Source: Crocinitomicaceae bacterium
GTDB taxonomy: Bacteria > Bacteroidota > Bacteroidia > Flavobacteriales_D > Crocinitomicaceae
Assembly (NCBI GenBank): GCA_044341975.1
Contig: JBIIQP010000001.1
Coordinates: forward strand, 1 to 59,235
DNA length: 59,235 nt
Direction of reading: 5' to 3'
The notes below the pieces were generated by a model, which did no database searches, was not told the DNA's origin, and saw nothing but the letters and a program-made list of their open reading frames with translations. Shown here piece after piece: positions 20,123 through 30,470 of this stretch. The stretch's first letter is position 1. Every line of letters begins with the position of its first letter. Position numbers and translations under genes: made by a program.

Positions 20123-21007
20123 ATGGAAAATTTTACTAAACGTACACCCGAGGTAGTCGTAATATCTGATTTACACTTAGGCACTTACGGAAGCCGCGCC
20201 AAAGAATTACTGAACTACTTAAAAACTATCCAGCCCAAAACACTTATCCTAAATGGTGATATCATTGACATTTGGCAGTTCAACAAACGCTATTTTCCTA
20301 AAAGTCACATGAAGGTCATCAAATACATAACATCCTTGTTGAGTGAAGGAACAAAAGTGTATTACATTCCAGGAAATCACGACGAAATGCTTCGAAAGTT
20401 CAAGGGCTTTCAAATGGGTGGTTTTGAGATTGCCAACAAAGTAATGCTCAACCTAGACGGCAAAAAAGCATGGGTTTTTCATGGAGATGTTTTTGACGTT
20501 ACAATGAAACATTCCATCTGGCTAGCAAAATTGGGCGGAAAAGGATATGATTTGCTCATTGTTTTAAACACGTTAGTTAACTGGGTGAGTGTAAAACTGG
20601 GTCGCGGAAGACTCTCTTTCTCAAAAAGAATCAAAGACAATGTGAAAAGCGCCATCAAGTTCATCAACAACTTTGAAAGCACTGTTACTGAGATAGCCAT
20701 GGAAAAAAGCTACGATTATGTGATTTGTGGCCATATCCATCAACCTGCAATCAAGTCCTACAAAAACGAGCAAGAACAATCTGTATTGTATCTCAACTCC
20801 GGCGATTGGGTAGAAAACCTAACTGCCCTTGAATATACCGAAGGAAAATGGTCGCTCTATAGTTATGCTAATGACCCATTAGCTAAAAGCCTTGAAAAAG
20901 AAGATGATAATGAGTCTCAAGAATTGAAGCAGGCAGACAAAAACAGCAAAATGATTTTCGCTGATTTATTGGAGGAGTTTCAAATGTCAAACTTTAAAGC
21001 CAACTGA
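20123..21007 (+). CDS. LpxH/YbbF-family metallophosphoesterase (putative UDP-2,3-diacylglucosamine diphosphatase)
   Basis: 294 aa. It carries the calcineurin-like motifs 'VISDLHLG', 'LNGDIIDIW', 'GNHD', 'HGD' and 'CGHIH'. Confidence 0.7.
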   Translation: MENFTKRTPEVVVISDLHLGTYGSRAKELLNYLKTIQPKTLILNGDIIDIWQFNKRYFPKSHMKVIKYITSLLSEGTKVYYIPGNHDEMLRKFKGFQMGGFEIANKVMLNLDGKKAWVFHGDVFDVTMKHSIWLAKLGGKGYDLLIVLNTLVNWVSVKLGRGRLSFSKRIKDNVKSAIKFINNFESTVTEIAMEKSYDYVICGHIHQPAIKSYKNEQEQSVLYLNSGDWVENLTALEYTEGKWSLYSYANDPLAKSLEKEDDNESQELKQADKNSKMIFADLLEEFQMSNFKAN

Positions 21008-21009
21008 AA

Positions 21010-22071
21010 ATGAAAGTGTTGTACGCATTTCAAGGGACAGGCTTCGGACATATCTCAAGAGCAAAGGAAATCGTTCCTTTGTTAAAAGAAAAGGTTGAAA
21101 CCGATGTGCTTATCAGTGGCGCAAACAAAGATCTTGAATTGCCTTTTGAAGTTAAATACAGAATGAAGGGACTTACCTTCTTTGCTGGAAAAACTGGCGG
21201 TATTGATTTCTCCAAAACCTACCATAAAAACAGCCTGTTGCGTCTTGGACAAGAAATAGTTAAGGTGCCCGTAAAACAGTACGACCTTGTTATAAATGAC
21301 TTTGAACCTGTAACGGCGTGGGCTTGTAAATTAAAAGGAACAAACTGCGTTGAGCTTAGTCACCAGGCGGCGGTTATCGATCAAAATGCTCCAAAGGCGG
21401 TCAATAAAGCGCTATTGGGAAAATTTTTGCTTGAGCGCATATGTCCTATCCCCTTCAAATATGGGTTTCATTTTCAAGAATACAATGATTTCATTTTCAC
21501 TCCGGTGATACGAAAACAAGTACGTGAGCTTGATTTAAATGAGTGCAAAAATCATTACACGGTTTATTTGCCTGCATACACTTCCTCTTACCTCATTGAG
21601 CAATTGTCTAGCATTGAATCGGCATTTTGGCACATCTTTACCCCGGAAGTTGAAGAGGTTACCATTGTAAATAATTTTACGCTGTGTCCCTTAAACAATG
21701 AGCGATTCTTAGAAAGTATGGCCACATCTCTGGGGGTTGTTTGTGGTGCTGGTTTCGAAACACCAGCAGAAGCGTTGTACCTTGGGAAAAAATTACTTGT
21801 TGTCCCAATGAAAGGCCAGTATGAACAGCTATGCAACGCAGCTAGTCTCGAAAGTCTTGGTGTGCCGGTAATTGATCACATAAATGCCAATACGATCGCA
21901 AGATTGAGCCAATGGATCGCCTCAAACAAAAGCATACAAGTGAATTATCCAGACAATATTTCATTTATACTCGATGAAGTCCTTGAAACACATTTGAAAC
22001 ACATCAGGAAGGGCCTTCAAGCGAATACCCCAACTCATTTAAATACTGCGCCACTGCGCCAGTATAATTAG
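21010..22071 (+). CDS. Glycosyltransferase (GT-B fold, MJ1255/GT28-like)
   Basis: 353 aa, starting 2 nt after the LpxH-like stop. The N-terminal 'FQGTGFGHISRA' and C-terminal 'GAGFETPAEALYLGKKLLVVP' resemble UDP-sugar GT-B enzymes. Specificity is unknown. Confidence 0.6.
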   Translation: MKVLYAFQGTGFGHISRAKEIVPLLKEKVETDVLISGANKDLELPFEVKYRMKGLTFFAGKTGGIDFSKTYHKNSLLRLGQEIVKVPVKQYDLVINDFEPVTAWACKLKGTNCVELSHQAAVIDQNAPKAVNKALLGKFLLERICPIPFKYGFHFQEYNDFIFTPVIRKQVRELDLNECKNHYTVYLPAYTSSYLIEQLSSIESAFWHIFTPEVEEVTIVNNFTLCPLNNERFLESMATSLGVVCGAGFETPAEALYLGKKLLVVPMKGQYEQLCNAASLESLGVPVIDHINANTIARLSQWIASNKSIQVNYPDNISFILDEVLETHLKHIRKGLQANTPTHLNTAPLRQYN

Positions 22072-23066
22072 AAATTACTTCTGTATGTTTTCTTAGGAGA
22101 GGTATAGACCAGCGAAAACTCCAACCCTCTATTTTTATACTCTATAAGATAACTGTTCACAAAACAATAACTTGTGCGCAGCGTAATACCTTTCACTCTT
22201 AGCCCAAGCTGCACAATAAACGCATTTTTGTTTCGCCAGTTGAAACCAATGATTGCATCATTGTCCTTGTTCAATGAAAAATGAAGCAACGAACCTACAT
22301 TTAATTCCTGGGCTTTATTTTGAGCCATGTATAAGACTTGAGGCTCAAGTAAAACTTTGTCGTCCAACTTATATGAAATACCTAAGTGTGCATTAAAATG
22401 CAAAGGCATGGATAAGTTCACCCCGTTTATTCGCTCTCGATTGCCTGTAATGTTGTACAAAGAAGTTCCTGCATACACCTTCATTTTATTGGGCTTAACA
22501 TTTACCCTGTAGTAAAGTCCAACGTTGGTATTGAACTGTGTAAAAACACTTGTATTAAAGTTCTCTCCGTTTGGAAGTGACAAATCAAAACCTGAAGCTG
22601 AAGCAGCAGAATATTGACTGTCAAACGAATAATCTACCGGAGAATAGCTCTTGTTCAACATACCAAATTGTACACCAACGGCAAGGTTCTGTTTGTCGAT
22701 ACCATCAACATTCTTACCAATTAACTTATAAGATGTTCCAAACATAAAATTGGTTGTGGTAAACACATTGCTCACACTTCTGTCATTGCTGAAATATTGG
22801 CCAACTGTCCATTTATCCCCAACAGGAACATCTAATCCTTCCGAAACACTTCGGTAGTTGCCCGGTCCTGCTGAGTAGTTTGATTTTTGATCCCTGTAAT
22901 TCACATTCAAACGCAAGCCTGTATATTCTGAAGACAAGCGCTCTCCAAGCAACGCGGGATTCAAATATGTAGGATTAGCATCAAATTGAGCATAATGATA
23001 ATCCTGGGAGTATGTCTTCAATGTTGCAAAAATCAACGCGGTTAATGCTAAAGCTATCCTTTTCAT
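22068..23066 (-). CDS. PorP/SprF-family type IX secretion system membrane protein
   Basis: 332 aa with a signal peptide, then 'QDYHYAQFDANPTYLNPALLG', the family-defining N-terminal motif. It is beta-barrel-like and lies 10 nt downstream of a type-B CTD gene. Confidence 0.8.
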   Translation of the reverse strand: MKRIALALTALIFATLKTYSQDYHYAQFDANPTYLNPALLGERLSSEYTGLRLNVNYRDQKSNYSAGPGNYRSVSEGLDVPVGDKWTVGQYFSNDRSVSNVFTTTNFMFGTSYKLIGKNVDGIDKQNLAVGVQFGMLNKSYSPVDYSFDSQYSAASASGFDLSLPNGENFNTSVFTQFNTNVGLYYRVNVKPNKMKVYAGTSLYNITGNRERINGVNLSMPLHFNAHLGISYKLDDKVLLEPQVLYMAQNKAQELNVGSLLHFSLNKDNDAIIGFNWRNKNAFIVQLGLRVKGITLRTSYCFVNSYLIEYKNRGLEFSLVYTSPKKTYRSNF

Positions 23067-23076
23067 AACACTCTTT

Positions 23077-26000
23077 TTAATACCTGTTTAGATGAATGAC
23101 TCCATAAAGGTTCACGTTTTCATTGTCGAGGGTTTCACCTTTAATGATGTATTCATAAGATCCTGAAGGTTGAGGCACGCCTCTATAGTTTCCTGTCCAT
23201 CCAATACTTTGGTCTGTACTTTCAAAAATTAAATTCCCCCACTCATTGAAGATTTGCATACGAATCGTTTTAAATGGTCCGCCACGCACATACAACACAT
23301 CATTTGCACCATCACCGTTTGGCGTAAAAGCACCTGGAATGGCCACATTATTCGTTGCAAGAATGTAAACATTTTCACAAAGTGTATCTGTACATCCATA
23401 TTGACTAACAGCCGTTAAACAGACTTCATAAATACCCGTGTCCGCAAAAATATGTATTGGGTCTTCCTCATTTGAATAGGTGCCGTCACCAAACGACCAG
23501 CTAACTGAAGTTGACAACACTGATTCATTCATGAAGTCAATTTGTGCTTGTGGCACAGCTGCCGTATCATTTGAAACAAGGTACGCGGCAGTTGGGTGTT
23601 TCTCCATTGTAATTGCATCTACTAAAAGCAACGAATCCACACAGCCATAAGGCGTTGTTACCTGCAAAAGCACTGAATAATTAGCGGTTGAAACATAAAC
23701 TTCAGTAGGGTTTTGCAGTGACGAAGTATCTCCATTTCCAAAATTCCATAAATACGTTGAACCCAAAGGGGTTGTTGAAAGATCATCGAACGTGACAGAC
23801 AATGGCGAACAACCTGCCGCAGGCAAAGCAGCAAAGTTGACAATCGGTTTGTCTTCGATCACCACTGGTTTCACAATTGTATCCGAACAACCCTGATCCG
23901 TTGAAACAATGAGGGAAACATCAAAGGTTCCTGCATCTACATAAACATAGACAGGATCGGATAATGAGCTTGAGTTACCGTTGCCAAAATTCCAATTCCA
24001 TGAAGTTGTGGCCCCTGTAGAAGAAGAAGATAAATCAGTAAAGTCAGTGGCCAGTCCTGCACAGTTTTGTGAGTTAGAAAAGTCTGCAACAATACCACTT
24101 AATACATCAATATAATCTGCTATTGTTAATGAATCAGAACACCCACCTGGTGCTGTAACTATTAATTCTACATCATATAATCCTTGATCGCCATAAGTAT
24201 AGGTTGGATTCTGAATTGACGCTGACGAACCATTACCAAAATTCCATTGATACGTTGACCCTGGAGCCGTGGTACTGGTACTGGAAAAGTTTATTGCCAA
24301 TGGCGAACATCCATCCGTTACCGGAGATGTAAAGTTTACAGTTGGTTTACTGTTGACGCTAACCGGCAATGTGACATCATCAGAACACCCAGCAGGGTTG
24401 GTTACAGTTAACACCACTGAATAGGTCCCGGAAGATAAAAAAACTTGTGATGGGTTTTGTTGGTTGCTGGTTTGGCCGTTTGCAAAGTTCCACTGCCATG
24501 ATTGATTTTCAAGCCCAGGCGTCACTATTTCTGAAAACTGTATCGGCGAATTCACACAACCAGCAGAATATGAAAACGCAGCGGTTGGTCCAGCTTGTGC
24601 ATTAATGTAATTGATCTTCGTTGTTGAATCGGTGCATCCCGCAGGACTCGTAACGATTAAACGCACTGAATATTGACCACTGTTGGTGTAAACATGCGCA
24701 GGGTTCACTTGTGACGAAAAATTATCGTCACCGAAACTCCAAAAATAGGTGGATCCAGCGTCAGTAAATGTGATGTTGTTGAAGTTTACCGAAAATGGGG
24801 CACAACCTATTGGTGTTGCTGCAGCAAAATCTACCAGAGGTTTGCTGTCAATGTGAACAATTTGTGTTGTTTGAACAAGTTGTCCAGCGCTACTTAACAC
24901 CTGCAGTGTCACAGGATAATCTCCTGCTATTGAAAAAACATGCACTGGATTTTGAACATTGCTGTTTGTACCATCACCAAAATTCCATTGCCAACCTACA
25001 ATGCTTCCTAGTACATAAGAAGAGGTGTCTGTAAATTGAGTGTTCAATCCTGAACAAGTTTGATCCACTAAAAACCCAGCAACGGGCATATCAATTATGA
25101 TTGTTTGGGTTGCTTGATCTGTGCACGCGCCCGCAACAATTGCAGTTAATATAACACTGTAAGCTCCACCCGCTGCGTATGTGTGAACCGGTTCGAAAGC
25201 CGTTGAAGAGGTGTTGTCTCCAAAATTCCATGAATAAGTAGATCCAACAGGAGAAGACGTGTTTGTAAAATAGATGGAATCCGTGATTGGATCAATCGTA
25301 TAGGTAAACTGAGCGGTTGGCAAAACGTTTACCGTAATATTATCTGAATAGTTGAATACACACCCATCGATGGTGCCATAGTTCAAGTTAATGGTATAAG
25401 TGGCAGCACCATTGTATGTTGTGATCGTGCTTTGCGTGTTGGCAGTTGCGCCGTTTCCAAGGTCCCAAGACCATGCATTAATTGTTCGTCCATTATAGAC
25501 AGTTGGCGTAGAAAAATTAACCAACGAACCATCACAAATTACTGGTGGATTTGTTACAATCAAACCTCCCGATGAAGAAGATGTTTTGAATTTATGCTTA
25601 CAAACCGATCCATTTAAAAGAGTTGTTATAGTATTGAAATCCGCCGTGTCAATTGCAGTACACGCTCCTGCCAATTGAAAACGCAACTTGATCAATGTTG
25701 TATTCATTGGCACCAAGTAACTCGCTGATGGACCCGATGTCGTATTGCTCACAAATTGGTTCATCGGATTGTAATACGTGTATGGATCCAATGGCCCCAC
25801 CAAATTAAAGGTCGTGTCATAGGTCATCTTCGTTAAATCAAACTTAAACCAGAAATCAAATGAACTAATTGGTCCATTTGATTTAATCGAAACAGGTATA
25901 TCATAAAAATAATTTCCTCCTGTAGAGACAACTTGAGCATTGCCAAGGTCAAAAAACATTGAATCATTTGACACATCGTACGTCGGGGGTGGCGTTAATG

Positions 26001-26106
26001 CGCTTTTCTCCACTGTATTCGGTGAATTTGCATATACAATTTTACTGCTGGTCATCAACAGAAAAAACAAGCAGATCTTGACAATTAACCCTTTGTTTTG
26101 TTTCAT
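23077..26106 (-). CDS. Adhesin with an N-terminal cohesin-like module, nine PKD domains and a T9SS type-B (CHU_C) C-terminal domain
   Basis: 1009 aa with nine 'W.(W/F)(N/D)(F/L)G(D/N)G' PKD signatures. The C-terminus reads 'AIPGAFTPNGDGANDVLYVRG...IFNEWGNLIFES...GWTGNYRG...GSYEYII'. Confidence 0.85.
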   Translation of the reverse strand: MKQNKGLIVKICLFFLLMTSSKIVYANSPNTVEKSALTPPPTYDVSNDSMFFDLGNAQVVSTGGNYFYDIPVSIKSNGPISSFDFWFKFDLTKMTYDTTFNLVGPLDPYTYYNPMNQFVSNTTSGPSASYLVPMNTTLIKLRFQLAGACTAIDTADFNTITTLLNGSVCKHKFKTSSSSGGLIVTNPPVICDGSLVNFSTPTVYNGRTINAWSWDLGNGATANTQSTITTYNGAATYTINLNYGTIDGCVFNYSDNITVNVLPTAQFTYTIDPITDSIYFTNTSSPVGSTYSWNFGDNTSSTAFEPVHTYAAGGAYSVILTAIVAGACTDQATQTIIIDMPVAGFLVDQTCSGLNTQFTDTSSYVLGSIVGWQWNFGDGTNSNVQNPVHVFSIAGDYPVTLQVLSSAGQLVQTTQIVHIDSKPLVDFAAATPIGCAPFSVNFNNITFTDAGSTYFWSFGDDNFSSQVNPAHVYTNSGQYSVRLIVTSPAGCTDSTTKINYINAQAGPTAAFSYSAGCVNSPIQFSEIVTPGLENQSWQWNFANGQTSNQQNPSQVFLSSGTYSVVLTVTNPAGCSDDVTLPVSVNSKPTVNFTSPVTDGCSPLAINFSSTSTTAPGSTYQWNFGNGSSASIQNPTYTYGDQGLYDVELIVTAPGGCSDSLTIADYIDVLSGIVADFSNSQNCAGLATDFTDLSSSSTGATTSWNWNFGNGNSSSLSDPVYVYVDAGTFDVSLIVSTDQGCSDTIVKPVVIEDKPIVNFAALPAAGCSPLSVTFDDLSTTPLGSTYLWNFGNGDTSSLQNPTEVYVSTANYSVLLQVTTPYGCVDSLLLVDAITMEKHPTAAYLVSNDTAAVPQAQIDFMNESVLSTSVSWSFGDGTYSNEEDPIHIFADTGIYEVCLTAVSQYGCTDTLCENVYILATNNVAIPGAFTPNGDGANDVLYVRGGPFKTIRMQIFNEWGNLIFESTDQSIGWTGNYRGVPQPSGSYEYIIKGETLDNENVNLYGVIHLNRY
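25600..25971 (-). other. Cohesin-like module (protein residues ~46-169)
   Basis: 'FFDLGNAQVVSTGGNYFYDIPVSIKSNGPISSFDFWFKFDLTKMTYDTT...LIKLRFQL' fits the cohesin pattern (strand with ..PV.., then .DF.F.YD...L). It is clearly paralogous to the module at 26500..26868. Confidence 0.5.
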
Positions 26107-26202
26107 GTGAAAATAGAAAAAGCTTGATGCGAAGGTACTTTTGATATACCACCCTGTTGTTAACTAGATGTTGCCGGTATGTTAAATTAGGGGCGCAAAA
26201 AT

Positions 26203-26943
26203 CTAATTCACCTTAACAATCCGGGATTTACAAATTGTATTTGCCGTAGAAATTTTCAACCAATAGATTGCATTTTCGAGCGTTTCAATATTCAATTGAT
26301 CGTTCTCATTGAACATGCGCGTTTCCATTACCTTGCTGCCATTAAGATCATATACTTCAACAAGTGATTCTTGATTGGAATTTAATTGAACATAATTCGA
26401 TGCAGGATTAGGGTGAATATTTAAATCGCACTCTTTGTACAAATTCAATTCGTTTATTCCAGCACCATTATTGGTTGCGGGCGCTGTCCAGTAATAGTTG
26501 CATGGATTACCATTGAACAGAGCTGTGCATGCAAAGAAATCTGCAGCTTCTATTAAAGTACTCGCTGATGAAAGGATAAAACGCAACTTTAAAAGCGTTG
26601 TGTTTCCAGGGAGCTCATAAGTAAGGCTTGGCCCTGATGTAGTATTGCTTAAATTGTTATTGGAAGTGTTGAAATAGCTGTAAGAATCGAGGTCCGGTTC
26701 AATCACTATTGTTGTATCGTACGTTAATTTAGTTTGATTAAATTGAAACCAAAAGTCAAATGAACTGATTCCTCCCGTTGTAATGGCATAAACGGGAAAC
26801 TCATAATAGGTGGTTCCTGAAGTTGTAGTGGTTGTGGCATTGGCAAGGTCAAAAACCATCGTGTCTAATACACTTTTTGATTGGCTTTGAGCAATTGAAG
26901 CAAAGGCTCCAAATAAGAATAAAAAAGATAAAATTCGTTTCAT
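26203..26943 (-). CDS. Small T9SS type-A cargo consisting of a cohesin-like module plus a C-terminal sorting domain
   Basis: 246 aa with a signal peptide and the cohesin-like 'YYEFPVYAITTGGISSFDFWFQFNQTKLTYDTT'. The CTD reads 'NIHPNPASNYVQLN...VEVYDLNGSKV...AIYWLKIST'. Confidence 0.75.
   Translation of the reverse strand: MKRILSFLFLFGAFASIAQSQSKSVLDTMVFDLANATTTTTSGTTYYEFPVYAITTGGISSFDFWFQFNQTKLTYDTTIVIEPDLDSYSYFNTSNNNLSNTTSGPSLTYELPGNTTLLKLRFILSSASTLIEAADFFACTALFNGNPCNYYWTAPATNNGAGINELNLYKECDLNIHPNPASNYVQLNSNQESLVEVYDLNGSKVMETRMFNENDQLNIETLENAIYWLKISTANTICKSRIVKVN
26500..26868 (-). other. Cohesin-like module (protein residues ~26-148)
   Basis: Alignable by eye over its full length with residues 46-169 of the 23077..26106 product (shared ISSFDFWF.F..TK.TYDTT, SNTTSGPS, NTTL.KLRF). 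Confidence 0.5.
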
Positions 26944-26975
26944 AGTTTTTGATTTTAGATGAGTGTTTTTAAAAG

Positions 26976-27011
26976 AAAGGAAGCCGTAACCACGAGGGCA
27001 CGACTTCCTTT
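26976..27011 (-). terminator. Hairpin terminator downstream of the 27039..30470 gene
   Basis: An 8-bp outer stem AAAGGAAG/CTTCCTTT plus an inner CGT/ACG pairing. On the minus strand it is followed by CTTTTAAAAA. It lies between the stop at 27039 and the next start at 26943. Confidence 0.5.
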
Positions 27012-27038
27012 TTGAATTATTCCGATGAAGAAATAAGC

Positions 27039-30000
27039 TTATTTACCAACTACAACTCTTTCAGTTTTGCTGAATTGACCGTTAGAGATTTGAACGAAGT
27101 AAACTCCGTTAGAAAACTCATTCATGTCGATTGTAGTTTTTTCATTTGCATTCACATCAAATTGTGTCAATACTTGTTGACCAGTGATGTTCATGATTTG
27201 AACAGTTGAATTTTGACTTGCAACGATGTTCAACAATCCTTTTGTTGGGTTAGGATAGATTGAAGCAAAGTTTGAAGTCTCTTCATTGATAGTAAGTGCA
27301 GATTTACTGAATTCAACAGTAACTGGTTTACCATTCAACAATCCAAGTGTATTAATGAAATCATCCGCATTGATTTTACCTGCAACATTGTTGAAAGTAA
27401 CTTTCGCAATAGTGTTGTTTGCAACGAAGTTATCCATGTCGATTGCTGTATAACGTAACGTTCTATCACTTTCATTGAAGAATGCAAATCCGTCTACGTC
27501 TGCATTTACTGCATCAAGTGTAGAATAAGTCATTTTATCTTCGTTGTATTGGAAAGCGATATCCAATGCGTTAACTGGCTCGTTAGAAACGATTGACACA
27601 GGAACCTCAACTGTAGATCCATTCACAACCGCGTTGTCAAGATCAAGGATTACCTTAGATGTAGCGCTTTTCAACACTCCGTCAGCTGTATAAGCAGCAT
27701 AGTTTCCATCAACATCACCCAACATGATACCTTTATAAGTAATAGTATCAGATACTGGACAGTTTGCATATCCTGTTACTCTTGCAGGAAGTACGAAAGG
27801 AACAACCGGCACTTTGTGTTTTGAATAACCAACTAAATCATTTGCAGGGAACGTAGTTGAAATTTGGTAAGCTGGCGTTTGAAGTCTTACAGTATCAATA
27901 AAAACCCAGTCCTTTGAAGGCTGACCGTTAGAAACACCAGCAGCAGAATAGTTCCATGCTTGTTGGTACTCACCAATGTTCAATGTTGCTCTTTGCTTCA
28001 TTTGTGAGATATCCCCAGCAGAAACAACACCATCAAGGTTAACATCCAATGCAAGAATCTGATAGATTGATGGTTCAAAAGTTGCATCGTTCAAAAGAAG
28101 TGTTTTACCTTTTACAGCATCCGCAGCGTTGATGATCAACTGAACTGTTGCTGTGTTACTTACATTTCTTTCGAAATTCAAACCAAGACCATTTGTTAAA
28201 ACATGTGTGAAGCTTCCGTTGACATCTGGAGAAACAAATGTACTGTTGTTAACAACATTTGTTACAGTATCTGCTCCACGCACTTTAGAAATAAGAAACG
28301 CGTTAGGAAGAGCTGCGTTGTATTTGATTGGGCTGTTGTCCAACCAGAACTTCATTAAACCAGCGTAGTTCTCATCTCTGTATGTAATTGCTTTACCTGT
28401 AGAAGATGTCTTCGCAGCAACTCCAATGATATAACTTTCTTGAAGGAAAGATGTTGTAAACAACGATGTGTCAGTTGATGCAAAACTTCCTGTTTTATTA
28501 AACTCTACGCAGAAAATTTTACCTGTACCAAAGAACTCAGCAGTTGAAGGAGCAGATCCTTTGAAATATACAGAAATAGTCATTTTACCATTTACAGCAT
28601 CGATAGCGTGTGATTCTTCAATGTACGCAGTATTGATCAAATCTCCGTAAAGTGTGATGTTGCCTGTAGGTGTAACCTTAGCAGCGTTGTAATTCAACAC
28701 AACATCGTAACCTTTTACGTTGTCAACTGGAGCTGTTACAGCAACTGAAAGAGGAATGCAGAAAGTTGATTCATCACATGGTTGAGAAACGATTCCGATT
28801 TCATAAGGAAGTGCGTTTGGATCAGCGATGTTCAACACAACTGCAGATGAAGTTGTAATTGCACCTTTGTTGTCCGTTGATTTAACTGTCAAACTTGCTG
28901 TTCCTGGAACAGAAGTCCAAGTGTAAGAATATGGTGATGATGCATCAACACCAACAGAAGCACCATTTACAAAGAATTCAACTTGCGTAACTGTACCATC
29001 AGCATCAGATGCTGTAGCATTGATTGTTACTGCTGCTGGAGCAATGTATGTTGCAGAAGCCAATGGAGAAGTAATTGCAGCACTTGGAGGAGTGTTCACT
29101 GCCACTGCGATGTTTGCCACTGAAGAAGTAGCTACCAAACCTAAGTCATCAGTTGCTCTTGCTTTGATTGTATGGCTTCCTGCTGTAGCAGTCCAGCTGT
29201 ATGCATAAGGAGAAGAAGCATCCGTTGAAACGACAACGTCATCGATCAAGAACTCAACTTGTGTTACTGAACCATCAGCATCAGAAGCCGTTGCTGTAAT
29301 ATTTACAACATCTTGTTCGATTGCAGTAGTTGGAGCAGAAACAGCCACCACTGGAGCTTGGTTAGGAGCTACTGTAAAGTTGATTGTAGAAGTTTGAGTT
29401 GTAGCACAGTCACCATCTGTTGCGATAGCATAAAGCGTGTGCGAACCATTTGCAGCAGTGTAAGCAGCAGAATAAGGAGATGTTGCATCAGTTGCGAACA
29501 AAGCACCGTCTAAATAGAACTTAACATCTGTTACAGAAACGTTATCTGAAGCAGTTGCAGTAAAGTTAGTAGCCGTATTCGTGATAATTGCAGCACCATT
29601 TGAAGGGCTAGTCAATGAAATAGTCGGCGGCGTGTTTGCCGTTAATGTTAATGATGGGTGAGTTAAACCACCACTTGGAGGATTATTAGCCCAATAGTTT
29701 TCAACAGCATTCGTTAAAACATTTTGAATTTGTATGTTTAATTCAAAACTCAAGTTTCCATCTGTTGTAAACTGCCCAACCAACACCCTGTTTGTAGAGG
29801 TTAAACCTACGACTCCACCTAGTGCAGCAATTGACCCACCGTTTATTAAAACTGAATTTCCTGGGGTTTGATCTAATGCATCCAATGATGACCCCAAACC
29901 AAGTGAGTTGGGAGCAACATAGTAGGGTGGCGTTGCTGCAGAAAAAGTCATCATACCGTCAGCAGCACCTGTACCATTAATTGGCGCACCAAAACATCCA

Positions 30001-30470
30001 CCTGGATTGTTTGCAAGAATGCTTTGAGCATTACCAACAGACCCGTCTGTGTCTTCGTTTTTAGGAACACCAACCTTCGCACCACCAACACCACCAGTAG
30101 TGAACCATGAATCGAGCATTACTGTGTTTTTTCTAGTGTTTGTTGCAGAAACTGTGTACGGGTTTACTGTAACCCCGAAATTACCTTCATTAAAAAAGTT
30201 GGTTGTTGTGTTAACCTTTAAAGGATTCGAAGCGTTTCCAACCAACAAATTGAATTTCCAACCAGCAGCCATGTCCACATAAACACGGTACGTTACTGAG
30301 TTAGTTGTAAGTGGTGCTGGAGCTCCCTCAGAAACTGAGTTAGCCACATCTGCAGCGTTTGCTTGGTAGTATTTCTCTACGTAAATTCCATCCAAACCTT
30401 GAGCGAACGAAAAGTTACCAATCATTGCCAATCCAAGACCAAGCAATAATTTTTTAGTGTTTGTTTTCAT
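27039..30470 (-). CDS. Modular T9SS type-A surface protein: paralogous N-terminal module, 3 Ig-like domains, cohesin-like, dockerin-like, second cohesin-like, then the sorting domain
   Basis: 1143 aa. The N-module (res ~25-275) contains 'GIYVEKYY...TYRVYVDM...DSWFTTGG...GVPKNEDTDGS...GQFTTDGNLSFELN'. Three ~85-aa Ig-like repeats follow ('...ATASD.DG.VT.VEF......D.SSPY.Y.W'). The CTD reads 'SIYPNPTKGLLNIV...NGVYFVQISN'. Confidence 0.85.
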   Translation of the reverse strand: MKTNTKKLLLGLGLAMIGNFSFAQGLDGIYVEKYYQANAADVANSVSEGAPAPLTTNSVTYRVYVDMAAGWKFNLLVGNASNPLKVNTTTNFFNEGNFGVTVNPYTVSATNTRKNTVMLDSWFTTGGVGGAKVGVPKNEDTDGSVGNAQSILANNPGGCFGAPINGTGAADGMMTFSAATPPYYVAPNSLGLGSSLDALDQTPGNSVLINGGSIAALGGVVGLTSTNRVLVGQFTTDGNLSFELNIQIQNVLTNAVENYWANNPPSGGLTHPSLTLTANTPPTISLTSPSNGAAIITNTATNFTATASDNVSVTDVKFYLDGALFATDATSPYSAAYTAANGSHTLYAIATDGDCATTQTSTINFTVAPNQAPVVAVSAPTTAIEQDVVNITATASDADGSVTQVEFLIDDVVVSTDASSPYAYSWTATAGSHTIKARATDDLGLVATSSVANIAVAVNTPPSAAITSPLASATYIAPAAVTINATASDADGTVTQVEFFVNGASVGVDASSPYSYTWTSVPGTASLTVKSTDNKGAITTSSAVVLNIADPNALPYEIGIVSQPCDESTFCIPLSVAVTAPVDNVKGYDVVLNYNAAKVTPTGNITLYGDLINTAYIEESHAIDAVNGKMTISVYFKGSAPSTAEFFGTGKIFCVEFNKTGSFASTDTSLFTTSFLQESYIIGVAAKTSSTGKAITYRDENYAGLMKFWLDNSPIKYNAALPNAFLISKVRGADTVTNVVNNSTFVSPDVNGSFTHVLTNGLGLNFERNVSNTATVQLIINAADAVKGKTLLLNDATFEPSIYQILALDVNLDGVVSAGDISQMKQRATLNIGEYQQAWNYSAAGVSNGQPSKDWVFIDTVRLQTPAYQISTTFPANDLVGYSKHKVPVVPFVLPARVTGYANCPVSDTITYKGIMLGDVDGNYAAYTADGVLKSATSKVILDLDNAVVNGSTVEVPVSIVSNEPVNALDIAFQYNEDKMTYSTLDAVNADVDGFAFFNESDRTLRYTAIDMDNFVANNTIAKVTFNNVAGKINADDFINTLGLLNGKPVTVEFSKSALTINEETSNFASIYPNPTKGLLNIVASQNSTVQIMNITGQQVLTQFDVNANEKTTIDMNEFSNGVYFVQISNGQFSKTERVVVGK
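27306..27659 (-). other. Cohesin-like module 2 (residues ~938-1055)
   Basis: 'KVILDLDNAVVNGSTVEVPVSIVSNEPVNALDIAFQYNEDKMTYSTLDAV...IAKVTFNNV' is the closest of the four modules to the classical cohesin pattern (G.tv.vPV.......v...dF...Yd...l). Confidence 0.55.
27981..28049 (-). other. Dockerin/EF-hand-like Ca-binding segment (residues ~808-830)
   Basis: 'LDVNLDGVVSAGDISQMKQRATL' matches the dockerin repeat D.N.DG.....D followed by a helix. A second short 'LGDVDGNY' lies at residues ~917-924. Confidence 0.45.
28371..28805 (-). other. Cohesin-like module 1 (residues ~556-700)
   Basis: 'FCIPLSVAVTAPVDNVKGYDVVLNYNAAKVTPTG...GKIFCVEFNKT' has the same strand pattern as the other cohesin-like modules. 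Confidence 0.45.

Noticed and set aside
22040-22062. A GCCACTG string (twice, in 'actgcgccactgcgccag') reminiscent of a cobalamin-riboswitch B12 box, near the TonB-related block.
   Set aside because: It lies inside the 3' end of the glycosyltransferase CDS, on the wrong strand and 13 kb from the receptor gene. No surrounding riboswitch architecture is present.
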